Source: a virus | Virus record (IMG/VR): IMGVR_UViG_3300001202_000008 | Span: 1-40,903 of that record | DNA: 40,903 nucleotides | Strand: one strand, 5' to 3' | Part shown: piece after piece, positions 15,405-23,078 of the stretch | How positions within the stretch are numbered: position 1 is the first letter of the stretch | Layout of the letters: every line of letters starts with the position of its first letter | The notes under the pieces: model-generated | Seen by the model: the letters and a program-made list of their open reading frames with translations, nothing else | Told to the model about the DNA's origin: nothing | Database searches by the model: none | Made by a program: the position numbers and the translations under genes

Positions 15405-15659
15405 ATGCGTAAACCATACCGACACATAGTGCGTCACATTAAGGCACCACAACGAAAGGCTAAAGCTGTGACGCATCCATTCTTAAAAACCACCCTCAAT
15501 CGCATCTCTCAATCTCACCCGCGCATTTTGGAGCGCATAGATTGGGCCGCTATAAGGGCAACTCAACAAACCGACCGAGACAATCACCTCAAAGCCGACA
15601 AAGAGGCGATCGATCTCGAGAGAGCATCTAAGCAACTAGGGCCAACCGCGTGCCCATAA
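15405..15659 (+). CDS. Hypothetical basic protein
   Basis: 84-aa ORF in operon phase. Confidence 0.45.
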   Translation: MRKPYRHIVRHIKAPQRKAKAVTHPFLKTTLNRISQSHPRILERIDWAAIRATQQTDRDNHLKADKEAIDLERASKQLGPTACP

Positions 15660-16252
15660 ACCCCGAGAACATGAAGCGATACACCTTTGGGCGGGTCAAC
15701 CCGATCGAAAGAATGGTGAGGAATATGCACTTAAGAGACATTTTGCCAAATAGCGTGATGATGGCATCGAGAAGCTTACATTTAGAGATAAGTTACGATG
15801 TGTTTATGTCACCCAATTTTTGGGAGCATTGGATAGCCGTTCAATTGGGCGGGAGAGTAACGCCTCACAAATGCAATCACGATGTTGATGTGAGCATATG
15901 GGGTAAAAAATGCGCCGCAGAGATTAAGTTTAGCAATGCTTACAAATCAAAATACAACCCGATAAGAGGTAAGAGTTGGGATAGAAACGTGTTTAAATGG
16001 GCTGTTAGCGAGACGCAAATAAACAATCCTACCGCTCACGCTTTCATCTTGGTTGGTCTTGACGCTGATAGGTCGCTACATACTTGGGTTGTGCCAAACG
16101 GCACTCTCTCAAAGAGCAATACGATATGCGCTCCAAGCTCTCGAAAAGGTGGATTGGGCAAGCTTGATAAATACAAGTGTGACCCGTATCAAATACTCAA
16201 CGCTTTTGCCAACATTGCTCACGAGGAGATATTCAAACATGAGACGAATTAA
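15650..16252 (+). CDS. PD-(D/E)XK nuclease, archaeal-Hjc/AHJR-like (tentative); start uncertain
   Basis: EHWIAVQLGG....HDVDVSIWGKKCAAEIKFS gives E...D...E-x-K. Later AFILVGLD...HTWVVPNG resembles the family tail. AT-rich gene. Confidence 0.45.
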   Translation: MPINPENMKRYTFGRVNPIERMVRNMHLRDILPNSVMMASRSLHLEISYDVFMSPNFWEHWIAVQLGGRVTPHKCNHDVDVSIWGKKCAAEIKFSNAYKSKYNPIRGKSWDRNVFKWAVSETQINNPTAHAFILVGLDADRSLHTWVVPNGTLSKSNTICAPSSRKGGLGKLDKYKCDPYQILNAFANIAHEEIFKHETN

Positions 16253-16565
16253 AAAAGCACTCATCACCCTATTATCATTCACCGCCATTGCTATCGCTGT
16301 TGAGGTCGCCGAGGCTTATCATCTAACACCCGCCGCCGAGGCCAATGTGCAACTATGGCTATGGCACCACAACACATATGAGACAAAGACGCCGATCTCG
16401 AGAGAGCGATATGAGACCGAGGTCTTTTGCGATCAAGCGTCTCGCAAGCGGCACATCGTTTGGCTCATCACCACAAAATCAAAGCGCATTGATAACATCG
16501 AGAGGCTCAGAATACTTGAGGGCCATTACGATGCCGAAACCGTGCTTTGCTCTAAACTATCTTAA
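16239..16565 (+). CDS. Secreted or membrane-anchored small protein
   Basis: MRRIKKALITLLSFTAIAIAVEVAEA signal-like N-terminus. GAGGAG lies 10 nt upstream. The track ORF from 16053 is an out-of-context extension. Confidence 0.55.
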   Translation: MRRIKKALITLLSFTAIAIAVEVAEAYHLTPAAEANVQLWLWHHNTYETKTPISRERYETEVFCDQASRKRHIVWLITTKSKRIDNIERLRILEGHYDAETVLCSKLS

Positions 16566-16591
16566 CGCCTAAAAATCTGAGGAGATACATC

Positions 16592-16957
16592 ATGGCACCA
16601 CAACCAAGAAAACAAAAAAACATACCCGAGCCCGAGAGCTTAGAGCATGAGCTCAAGAGGAAACTCAAACACATGCAAACCGACAAAGACAATCTTGAGA
16701 AAGACCTCAACCTCAACATCACGCGAGCCGATGAGGCCATGAAAAACCTTGAGAACGCCGTCACCGCAAACAAGTCATTGGGCGAAAGACTGCAAAAGCT
16801 CGAGGCCGACAATCAATCATTGATTAAGTTGGTCGAGCTCGAGCGTGAGGGCAAGCGTTCAATCCTTCTCGCATTGCAAGTCATGCAAGGTCAGCATCAA
16901 CCGCTCAATGCTTTTGTGCCAGTGCCTAACGCTCAAGATCAAACGCCCATAGCGTAA
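16592..16957 (+). CDS. Coiled-coil protein
   Basis: GAGGAG SD and heptad-rich sequence (LEKDLNLNITRADEAMKNLENAV...). Confidence 0.55.
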   Translation: MAPQPRKQKNIPEPESLEHELKRKLKHMQTDKDNLEKDLNLNITRADEAMKNLENAVTANKSLGERLQKLEADNQSLIKLVELEREGKRSILLALQVMQGQHQPLNAFVPVPNAQDQTPIA

Positions 16958-16958
16958 T

Positions 16959-17156
16959 ATGTTTGCACTAGAGCACCACATAAGGGTCGGCGTATTTGCG
17001 CAGTTTAGGCAAGATCAACACGGGGCGATCTTAAGCCACATCGGCAACGCGAGAACGCCGACCATCTTTCACGAGGAGCACATCGCCCATGAGGCCCGCT
17101 CTGACTTTCATTTAGATAAAGAGTTTAACATCGTTAAGCTCGCAATAGAGAGGTAA
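16959..17156 (+). CDS. Hypothetical protein
   Basis: 65-aa ORF that starts 2 nt after the upstream stop. Confidence 0.4.
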   Translation: MFALEHHIRVGVFAQFRQDQHGAILSHIGNARTPTIFHEEHIAHEARSDFHLDKEFNIVKLAIER

Positions 17157-17163
17157 CTCAATC

Positions 17164-17436
17164 ATGTTTAAACCCCGCGACGTAAGAGAGGGCGAGCAAG
17201 TGTTTGCTCTCTTAGGTGATGACCCGCTCACGCCATTATTTGCCGAGGCTTATGGGTATCTTATCCAAGGCCAACTCTCGATGGCTCAAGAGGCCATAAC
17301 CAAGATGTCAACCATCATCGAGCCATTGCCCGCATATGACCCTAAGGTGAGATCGTGCTTTGCTTTCGCCAACGATTGTCGTGATCGCCAAAAGCTCTTG
17401 GCTATATCTGGCGATGTTTCACGTGAAACATCGTAA
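17164..17436 (+). CDS. Hypothetical protein
   Basis: 90-aa ORF. Its last 8 codons are encoded by the 20-bp palindrome. Confidence 0.5.
   Translation: MFKPRDVREGEQVFALLGDDPLTPLFAEAYGYLIQGQLSMAQEAITKMSTIIEPLPAYDPKVRSCFAFANDCRDRQKLLAISGDVSRETS
17413..17432. repeat. Perfect 20-bp palindrome GATGTTTCACGTGAAACATC
   Basis: Read directly: the 10-nt arms are exact reverse complements with no spacer. TAATTTGG follows. Confidence 0.9.
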
Positions 17437-17442
17437 TTTGGA

Positions 17443-17574
17443 ATGATTGCTCATTATGACTTATGGTGGGCCTCATACACGATCGCGACCGCCTTGGCGC
17501 TTGCCGGGCTAGTCGCGATTGCTTGGGCTTTAATCAAGATTAACAAATCTAGGATTGATTATGACAAAAAATAG
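17443..17574 (+). CDS. Small TM peptide (43 aa), below the ORF-track cutoff
   Basis: MIAHYDLWWASYTIATALALAGLVAIAWALIKINKSRIDYDKK. Weak SD. Confidence 0.35.
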   Translation: MIAHYDLWWASYTIATALALAGLVAIAWALIKINKSRIDYDKK

Positions 17575-17728
17575 CATTGCTAGATGGGCTCATGAGTGCC
17601 CGAAAACAAAAGACAAGCTACACCTATGGGTGAGGCAACCCGATCTCACCGCCGAGTGTTTTAATTGTAAGATGAAACTCGACCAACAAGAGGCATCAGA
17701 TTGCTTTGATGATCGAGGTCGGTGCTAA
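17561..17728 (+). CDS. Small Cys-rich protein (55 aa), below the ORF-track cutoff
   Basis: MTKNSIARWAHECPKTKDKLHLWVRQPDLTAECFNCKMKLDQQEASDCFDDRGRC. AGGA lies 8 nt upstream. The stop overlaps the convergent gene's stop by 4 nt. Confidence 0.4.
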   Translation: MTKNSIARWAHECPKTKDKLHLWVRQPDLTAECFNCKMKLDQQEASDCFDDRGRC

Positions 17729-18078
17729 GACCCGTATTTGCGGGCTTTCATTATTTTGCTTTTGTGCTTGCTGATGAACCTTAGAGCCTCGGCCCTCTTG
17801 TGCAACATCGCCAACTCAATGCCACTGGCCTCAATGCCTGAGCCTTTAAACTGAGGATAGCGAACAACCGCACGGGCCTCTTTGGCCCTATATTTCTTTT
17901 CATCGCCACCCAACATCACCGCAACTTGTGTCTCGATCTCATGGCTCCTGATTTCCATATCTCTCAAAAACTCTTTATTCCGGGTGATCGCCTTAAAGAA
18001 ATTTGCCCGCTTGTGCTTGATCTCAAAATACTCTTGAGCCCATATCGCGGCGGCATACTTATCAAGCCCCTTGTTCAT
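17725..18078 (-). CDS. Hypothetical protein, last gene of the leftward arm
   Basis: 117-aa helical ORF. Confidence 0.55.
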   Translation of the reverse strand: MNKGLDKYAAAIWAQEYFEIKHKRANFFKAITRNKEFLRDMEIRSHEIETQVAVMLGGDEKKYRAKEARAVVRYPQFKGSGIEASGIELAMLHKRAEALRFISKHKSKIMKARKYGS

Positions 18079-18206
18079 GACGATTAAAAACGCGCTGTTT
18101 TTTGCGTTGCTCTTGATCTATGCCCTGATGGTGATGGTGGGCACCAAGAAAAATATTGCAAAAAATACGGCTGGAATGATGGCAAGTTCTAACATGGTAA
18201 CTCTCT

Positions 18207-18608
18207 CTAAAAAATGCGCTCAAGTATTGAGGGCTGTTTAACTTTTACTTTGACTCGGTTGATCTCCTCGATGGCCTCACGCCTGATGCGTGCCGTCTCG
18301 AGGGCCGCATCATTGATTTGATCTTGCGAATGCTCTTTTTGCTTAACCGCTCCGATCAATTCCCTCAAATGCCCACGATCGCGCATGTGCTCAGTGTGAA
18401 CCTTCTCGGCCCATATACTGAGCTCGGGCCCGGTCTTAGGGTCTTTTAGCGTTTGGAGAGGTTGGATAACCAGCAAGCTCGGGGCTATGGTCAATTGCGG
18501 CACTGGCGTCGGCACTTCCATCGCTGTCGCGTTCCCGGTTAAGTTTGTCGAAGCGCACGCGCTCATGAGTAGGCAAAGGCACATCGTCCCAAGGTGTCTT
18601 AGGGTCAT
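18207..18608 (-). CDS. o-spanin (outer-membrane lipoprotein), overlapped architecture
   Basis: MTLRHLGTMCLCLLMSACAS has a lipobox-like MSAC, followed by Pro-rich PTPVPQLTIAPS. GAGGAG SD. The gene starts 173 nt inside the i-spanin gene in another frame. Confidence 0.65.
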   Translation of the reverse strand: MTLRHLGTMCLCLLMSACASTNLTGNATAMEVPTPVPQLTIAPSLLVIQPLQTLKDPKTGPELSIWAEKVHTEHMRDRGHLRELIGAVKQKEHSQDQINDAALETARIRREAIEEINRVKVKVKQPSILERIF

Positions 18609-18990
18609 TTTTTCTCTCCTCGTTAACTAGGCGCAACCGCCCTTTGTAATATGCGACTTGCCCCTCGAGGCTTTTCACCGCTTGATTGTCTGTTTCCTCA
18701 TACTCACCTTGAGCATCGAGAACATCTTGCCAACTGTCGATCGCATATTGATCGGCTTTGGTCTTAATCTCAAGCACCTCATCCTCGAGCTCGATGCCGC
18801 CATCTCTGAGATCAACGATGGCCGAGTCGTAACCCGCATCAAACCGGGTCACTCGCTGATGAATGGTTGCGCCGATCGTGATCGCTGTCGATAAAGCAAA
18901 CGCGATCGCGGTTGGTGTAAGTCCGAAAGCTGGCGCAACTCGCTTTGCGACCTCGCCGACAATTTGATCTTTGGGGGTCAACCTATTCAT
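18436..18990 (-). CDS. i-spanin (inner-membrane anchored)
   Basis: The ATG at 18990 lies 4 nt after the endolysin stop with a GAGG SD. TM segment LTPTAIAFALSTAITIGATI, then a charged periplasmic domain. Confidence 0.65.
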   Translation of the reverse strand: MNRLTPKDQIVGEVAKRVAPAFGLTPTAIAFALSTAITIGATIHQRVTRFDAGYDSAIVDLRDGGIELEDEVLEIKTKADQYAIDSWQDVLDAQGEYEETDNQAVKSLEGQVAYYKGRLRLVNEERKNDPKTPWDDVPLPTHERVRFDKLNRERDSDGSADASAAIDHSPELAGYPTSPNAKRP

Positions 18991-18994
18991 AACA

Positions 18995-19609
18995 CTAAGC
19001 CTCGTTTCTTGAGATCGGGCCTCGAGCATCGACATGCACTTGCCTCACATTTCTCGGCATCCCTATCGCATAAAACCTTTGCGATGAATAGAACCTAGTT
19101 TTCACAATGCGGGTGATGTTCACCGAATCCGATTGATTGCCGCCGAGAACATGAAAAGCCATTGCATCCTCACCGACATAGAGACCGACATGCCCGCCGC
19201 CCTTGCGCTTGAATGTGAGAACATCGCCAAGCATAGCCTCGCCAGCAACGCGCCCGGTCGGGCGACCGCCCTTGCCATAGACTTGCCGACCAACTTGAGC
19301 GCCCCAATCAGCCCAAGCCAAAGCCGAGAGCGGGTTGTTTGGCGTGGGCTTGCCGCATCTCTTTGCGACCATACCCATAAACAGGCCACACCACGGCACC
19401 GAGTCGCCGCCCGTGGCAAACATGTTCTCAATCCATGATTGGCCGGGCTTATCGACCTCTTGCGCCCAATCAACGATCGTCTTGTTGCTCGCCCCGCCCG
19501 GGTATTCTTGCACGCCATAGTGCTTGAGCGCCTCTTTGAGCATCTTTGGGCCCGGCTCATCCTCTAACCACGCCCAACGCCTACCTAATTTTGATTTACG
19601 TGCCACCAT
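18995..19609 (-). CDS. Endolysin, CHAP/NlpC-P60-like peptidase (TIGR02594-like)
   Basis: VPWCGLFMG (Cys), GDVLTFKRKGGGHVGLYVGE (His), VLGGNQSDSV. The ATG at 19609 has a GAGGA SD. Confidence 0.8.
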   Translation of the reverse strand: MVARKSKLGRRWAWLEDEPGPKMLKEALKHYGVQEYPGGASNKTIVDWAQEVDKPGQSWIENMFATGGDSVPWCGLFMGMVAKRCGKPTPNNPLSALAWADWGAQVGRQVYGKGGRPTGRVAGEAMLGDVLTFKRKGGGHVGLYVGEDAMAFHVLGGNQSDSVNITRIVKTRFYSSQRFYAIGMPRNVRQVHVDARGPISRNEA

Positions 19610-19742
19610 TTGTCTCAATCCTCGCTCTTTATTGCCGCCTAAAGTCTGAAATTTGCCACCGTAGGGCCAGAAACGGCACCCCACCCGCTACCATTGCCGC
19701 GCAAAAATGGCAAATCGCTCTCTATGGCGCTTAAAATCGCAC

Positions 19743-19769
19743 AAAAAAACCGAGGCCCTAAGGCCCCGG
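19743..19769 (-). terminator. Rho-independent terminator
   Basis: Minus strand CCGGGGCC-TTAG-GGCCTCGG (8 bp with one G-U) followed by TTTTTTTGT. Confidence 0.7.
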
Positions 19770-19800
19770 CTTCTCTCACCCCCACGATGATCGCTTCAGT

Positions 19801-19876
19801 GTAGTTGCTTTTAACTGCCTCGGCCGATGTAGTCAAAAATGACTGCGCATCCGGCAGGGTAGTCGCAATTAACTAC
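19801..19876. repeat. Dyad-motif array A: three GYAG-N10-CTRC units
   Basis: GTAGTTGCTTTTAACTGC (19801), GTAGTCAAAAATGACTGC (19829) and GTAGTCGCAATTAACTAC (19859), spaced 28/30 bp. Confidence 0.8.
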
Positions 19877-19884
19877 GCTGGATC

Positions 19885-20223
19885 TCATTTGCCGTCGCCA
19901 TCGGTATCGACTGGCGTTGCTTTGCCGTTCACATCGAGCCATTGCAAGATGATGTACTCGGTCTCGCCGCCATACTCGGCTTGAATGTGAGCGCAACCCG
20001 TCTCATCTTCGACAAGTTCATCGCCAACATAGTAGCGCCAAACATCATGCAGGGTCACGGTGACTTTAACGTCATCAGCATAGTGCCCTTTGATCTTGAT
20101 GCCTTGGCTTACGGCCTTTTCAATTGCCTTGGCGTCATCAGCGCCGATTGTGTCGCCATACTCGAGGCCGATGATGTGCTTGTCATCAACCGCCGCTCTT
20201 AAATGTTTCTCAAGTTCTTTCAT
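19885..20223 (-). CDS. Hypothetical acidic protein
   Basis: 112-aa ORF between the membrane proteins and array A. Confidence 0.55.
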   Translation of the reverse strand: MKELEKHLRAAVDDKHIIGLEYGDTIGADDAKAIEKAVSQGIKIKGHYADDVKVTVTLHDVWRYYVGDELVEDETGCAHIQAEYGGETEYIILQWLDVNGKATPVDTDGDGK

Positions 20224-20241
20224 GGTGGGTGTATTACCTCC

Positions 20242-20562
20242 TCAAATGGTTGTCGGTTTTACGCGACCACTTTGCGATCGCTGATATAGCTTAATCACAT
20301 AATAACCCGAGAAACACAACAACGACAAATCTTTCGCGAGCCACCACATCGACTCGATACCAATAAACAGGCCCGCATCTATCGCCAATATTTGATGATA
20401 GGCTTGGCCGATGAGGCCAATGATGCCCAAGACGTAAGCCCACCTAATCAGGCGATGCCTCATGGCTGTTGTCTCGCTCGCTAGTAAAATATAGAGCAAT
20501 GCGATCGCGCCAATCGTGTCGAGCCCCAAGATTAACCAAGCCACAAACTCAATCATCATCAC
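20242..20562 (-). CDS. Membrane protein (3 TM), possible second holin or antiholin
   Basis: Three hydrophobic segments. Overlaps the holin-like gene by 14 nt. Confidence 0.55.
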   Translation of the reverse strand: MMMIEFVAWLILGLDTIGAIALLYILLASETTAMRHRLIRWAYVLGIIGLIGQAYHQILAIDAGLFIGIESMWWLAKDLSLLCFSGYYVIKLYQRSQSGRVKPTTI

Positions 20563-20911
20563 TCGCTTTCTCTGGCACGTCAGTATTTTTGAGGCGCTTG
20601 ATATCGGCGACCGTTTCCAAGGGCTTCTCTCTGAAACCCGCCGTTAATTTGAATATGCCGCCGATGATGTTCATGCCACCAACACCCAACAAGAATGCCA
20701 CGGCGTTTTCGGTCGAGCCCACAAGGTCAAACTTGAGAGCGATCGAGGGCGTGATATAGGCCGCACAAGCCGCACCGCCGATGATCGCCGTGAAGCCTTG
20801 TTTCGGGGTGAAGTTTGACAAGAATGCTAGTGAGGCGACACCACCCGCGAGCCCGGCAACAACCGCCGCTAACTTAATCCCAAGTGTATCAAATGCCGTT
20901 TCGATCGTCAT
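20549..20911 (-). CDS. Holin-like membrane protein
   Basis: Gly/Ala-rich TM segments (LAAVVAGLAGGVASLAF, AIIGGAACAAYI, FLLGVGGMNIIGGIF) and a charged C-terminal tail. Confidence 0.6.
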   Translation of the reverse strand: MTIETAFDTLGIKLAAVVAGLAGGVASLAFLSNFTPKQGFTAIIGGAACAAYITPSIALKFDLVGSTENAVAFLLGVGGMNIIGGIFKLTAGFREKPLETVADIKRLKNTDVPEKASDDD

Positions 20912-20922
20912 GGTTACTTTCC

Positions 20923-22695
20923 CTACTGTGTAAACACCGTAAAGCCGCGCCCTTGCAAGGTCACAACACTTGCTTGACCTGATGCGCTAGGCGCTCCCCC
21001 GCCCCTAAAGTCTATGGGCTTATAGCCCGTGACTGTTAAGCCGTTTGCAACCATATCAGCAAGCATTGCATCAACATCGGCGCTCGACAAAGCGGGGGTC
21101 TGGTTGCGCATCTCAAGAGCCGATAAATTGGAAAACTGCGTTAAATCAAGACGTCCTGTAGAGGCATACGAAATTCGCAAGCTTACTAAACCAGAATAGT
21201 TTGCCAAATCGGTGTCATTCAATGCGATACCAGTGGGATTAGTAGCGGTTCCGTTTAAGGCTAAGTTACGCAAAGCGCTACCGTCAAAATTTGCAAAAGT
21301 CCCAGAGACATACTCGTAATCAGGATGCCATGCAGACGAATTAATGTTAACACTATTAAGCTTTACACCATCATCAACATCCAAAGAGGTAATGTTTATA
21401 TCCGCATCCAGAACCATTGCCCCATTAGCGCCAATGCTATTAGGGACATATGCGGTAATTGTTTTCTCGGTGTCGTCAGGAAAAATTAAATCAGTTGTTT
21501 GCGCCGTACTTTCGAAATTAGCACCGCTACTGTCCCGCCATGTCACGGCAAAAGGCGTCACCGGGTCGCCATAAAAATCAACATCAACAGTTGTTGAGGA
21601 TGTGGCTCTACTGCCAATTGTAATCTTTTTAAATCCTATGCGGTGAGGTTGATCGGAAACCTCATCGTTATAAACTGATAAAGAGGAATGAGGGCAACCA
21701 AGCAAAGCGCGAACATCACTAATTCCATCCGCTAGGCCCGCCCCCATCTCGTTATAACCTGACTGTGTGTAATGTAATGTGTCTGCCATTTTATCAGATG
21801 TGGTAGATCGGAAACTAGCCGCACCTGTAAATGCAATATGGGCCAAATTACGCGATGCAGATGCCGCGATTTGAGCATTGCGAATAGAGTCCCAATTAAC
21901 ATCCGCTGCATTAGTCGCGCCATTCTGTGACGGGTCGCCATAACCAAGCAAGCTAATGAAAAACCCATCTATCCCATAGTCGGTCTCAAACCGATCAATG
22001 ATGGCCTCGAGACTTGATTGATAATCAATAGCATTCTGCCCACCTCTTGGTGAACCAGCCGCATCGGTCTCGCCTTGCGCCCAAATCACACGCGGAGAAT
22101 TATGCACATAACCAGCCGCCGCTATGTCAATCAAAGCTTGATCGATTAAAGGTTTAGCCCAAGCGTCATAAACATTATTTGACGCAGACAAATCCCACGT
22201 ATGCCCCGAAAGCGAAACACCAGACCCCAGATATGTCACCTGATTAACATCAAGAATAGTCGAGCCATTTACCGCCGCATCGATAATGATAACAGGATGA
22301 CCATTGTTCTCAACATATCTTTGGGCAAAGGCAGAATGAGGCCCACCCTGTGTGCGTCCGGGTATAATCGGAGAGAGGGGAGATATGTCGCCCCCGGGAT
22401 AATACATATAGCCGTAACCCTTGTTTAAAGGCGTTGTGTTCAAGGGGTCGATTGACCAGCCCTTTGCATTTGATTGCCCCGCGAAAATAATCACATCCAC
22501 TTGGCTATTTGCGGCTTGGGCGGCGTCCTCTATTGACGCCAACCTCTCATCAAAAGGCGCAAGAGCCTGAGCGACGGCCAAATCTATAGCGTTTACTGCG
22601 TCACTAGATAAAGAAACATTTGGAGATATATTTGTGACGTCACCTATCGAGACCGCGTTTGTTTCATCGTTATAATTTAGATTAGTTGTACCCAT
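20923..22695 (-). CDS. Tail fibre/spike with a sialate-O-acetylesterase-like (SASA/SGNH) carbohydrate esterase domain
   Basis: VIIFAGQSNAKGW, VIWAQGETDA and DTLHYTQSGYNEMG. The C-terminal about 200 aa contain Leu/Asn-rich repeats (LNSVNI, LRNLALNG, LVSLRISY, LSALEMRN). Confidence 0.8.
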   Translation of the reverse strand: MGTTNLNYNDETNAVSIGDVTNISPNVSLSSDAVNAIDLAVAQALAPFDERLASIEDAAQAANSQVDVIIFAGQSNAKGWSIDPLNTTPLNKGYGYMYYPGGDISPLSPIIPGRTQGGPHSAFAQRYVENNGHPVIIIDAAVNGSTILDVNQVTYLGSGVSLSGHTWDLSASNNVYDAWAKPLIDQALIDIAAAGYVHNSPRVIWAQGETDAAGSPRGGQNAIDYQSSLEAIIDRFETDYGIDGFFISLLGYGDPSQNGATNAADVNWDSIRNAQIAASASRNLAHIAFTGAASFRSTTSDKMADTLHYTQSGYNEMGAGLADGISDVRALLGCPHSSLSVYNDEVSDQPHRIGFKKITIGSRATSSTTVDVDFYGDPVTPFAVTWRDSSGANFESTAQTTDLIFPDDTEKTITAYVPNSIGANGAMVLDADINITSLDVDDGVKLNSVNINSSAWHPDYEYVSGTFANFDGSALRNLALNGTATNPTGIALNDTDLANYSGLVSLRISYASTGRLDLTQFSNLSALEMRNQTPALSSADVDAMLADMVANGLTVTGYKPIDFRGGGAPSASGQASVVTLQGRGFTVFTQ

Positions 22696-23066
22696 TATAA
22701 AGGCCCCTTTGCGCCGTAAACTTTAAATTTGCCACAAAGAAACGTCTCTTTTTTAGAGTTGTGCTCTCTGACAATATCATAAACTAGCTCAACGCTGTCG
22801 CCGATCTCATCCGCTACCGGGTACGCTGTTGATCTAGGTATCGTAATGTCAAAAATAGTTGCATCTTGCGTAACGGAATAAACGGGGGCGCTTATTGTCA
22901 TGCTAACTAAAATTGCCGAGGCATCAGCATACATCCTGACCGCCCCAGTGAATGTATCTGACGAAAGATCGATGCCGTGTATTTTAACGACTTCAACAAA
23001 ATCCCGCCCACGGGCAACACCATAATTTTTAATAGCCGACCCATCTTCTCTTGTTGAAAAAGTCAT
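22695..23066 (-). CDS. Hypothetical tail-associated protein
   Basis: 123-aa beta-rich ORF between the host-specificity and fibre genes. 1-nt stop/start overlap. Confidence 0.5.
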   Translation of the reverse strand: MTFSTREDGSAIKNYGVARGRDFVEVVKIHGIDLSSDTFTGAVRMYADASAILVSMTISAPVYSVTQDATIFDITIPRSTAYPVADEIGDSVELVYDIVREHNSKKETFLCGKFKVYGAKGPL

Positions 23067-23078
23067 AAAATCATTTCC

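Noticed and set aside
18077-18241. Small hydrophobic ORFs in the 18079-18206 gap: a plus-strand 54-aa ORF (MTIKNALFFALLLIYALMVMVG...) and a minus-strand 25-aa ORF 18118-18195 (MLELAIIPAVFFAIFFLVPTITIRA)
   Set aside because: Both strands read as TM-like because the sequences are complementary. Neither has a strong SD, and I cannot decide between them, so they are not annotated.
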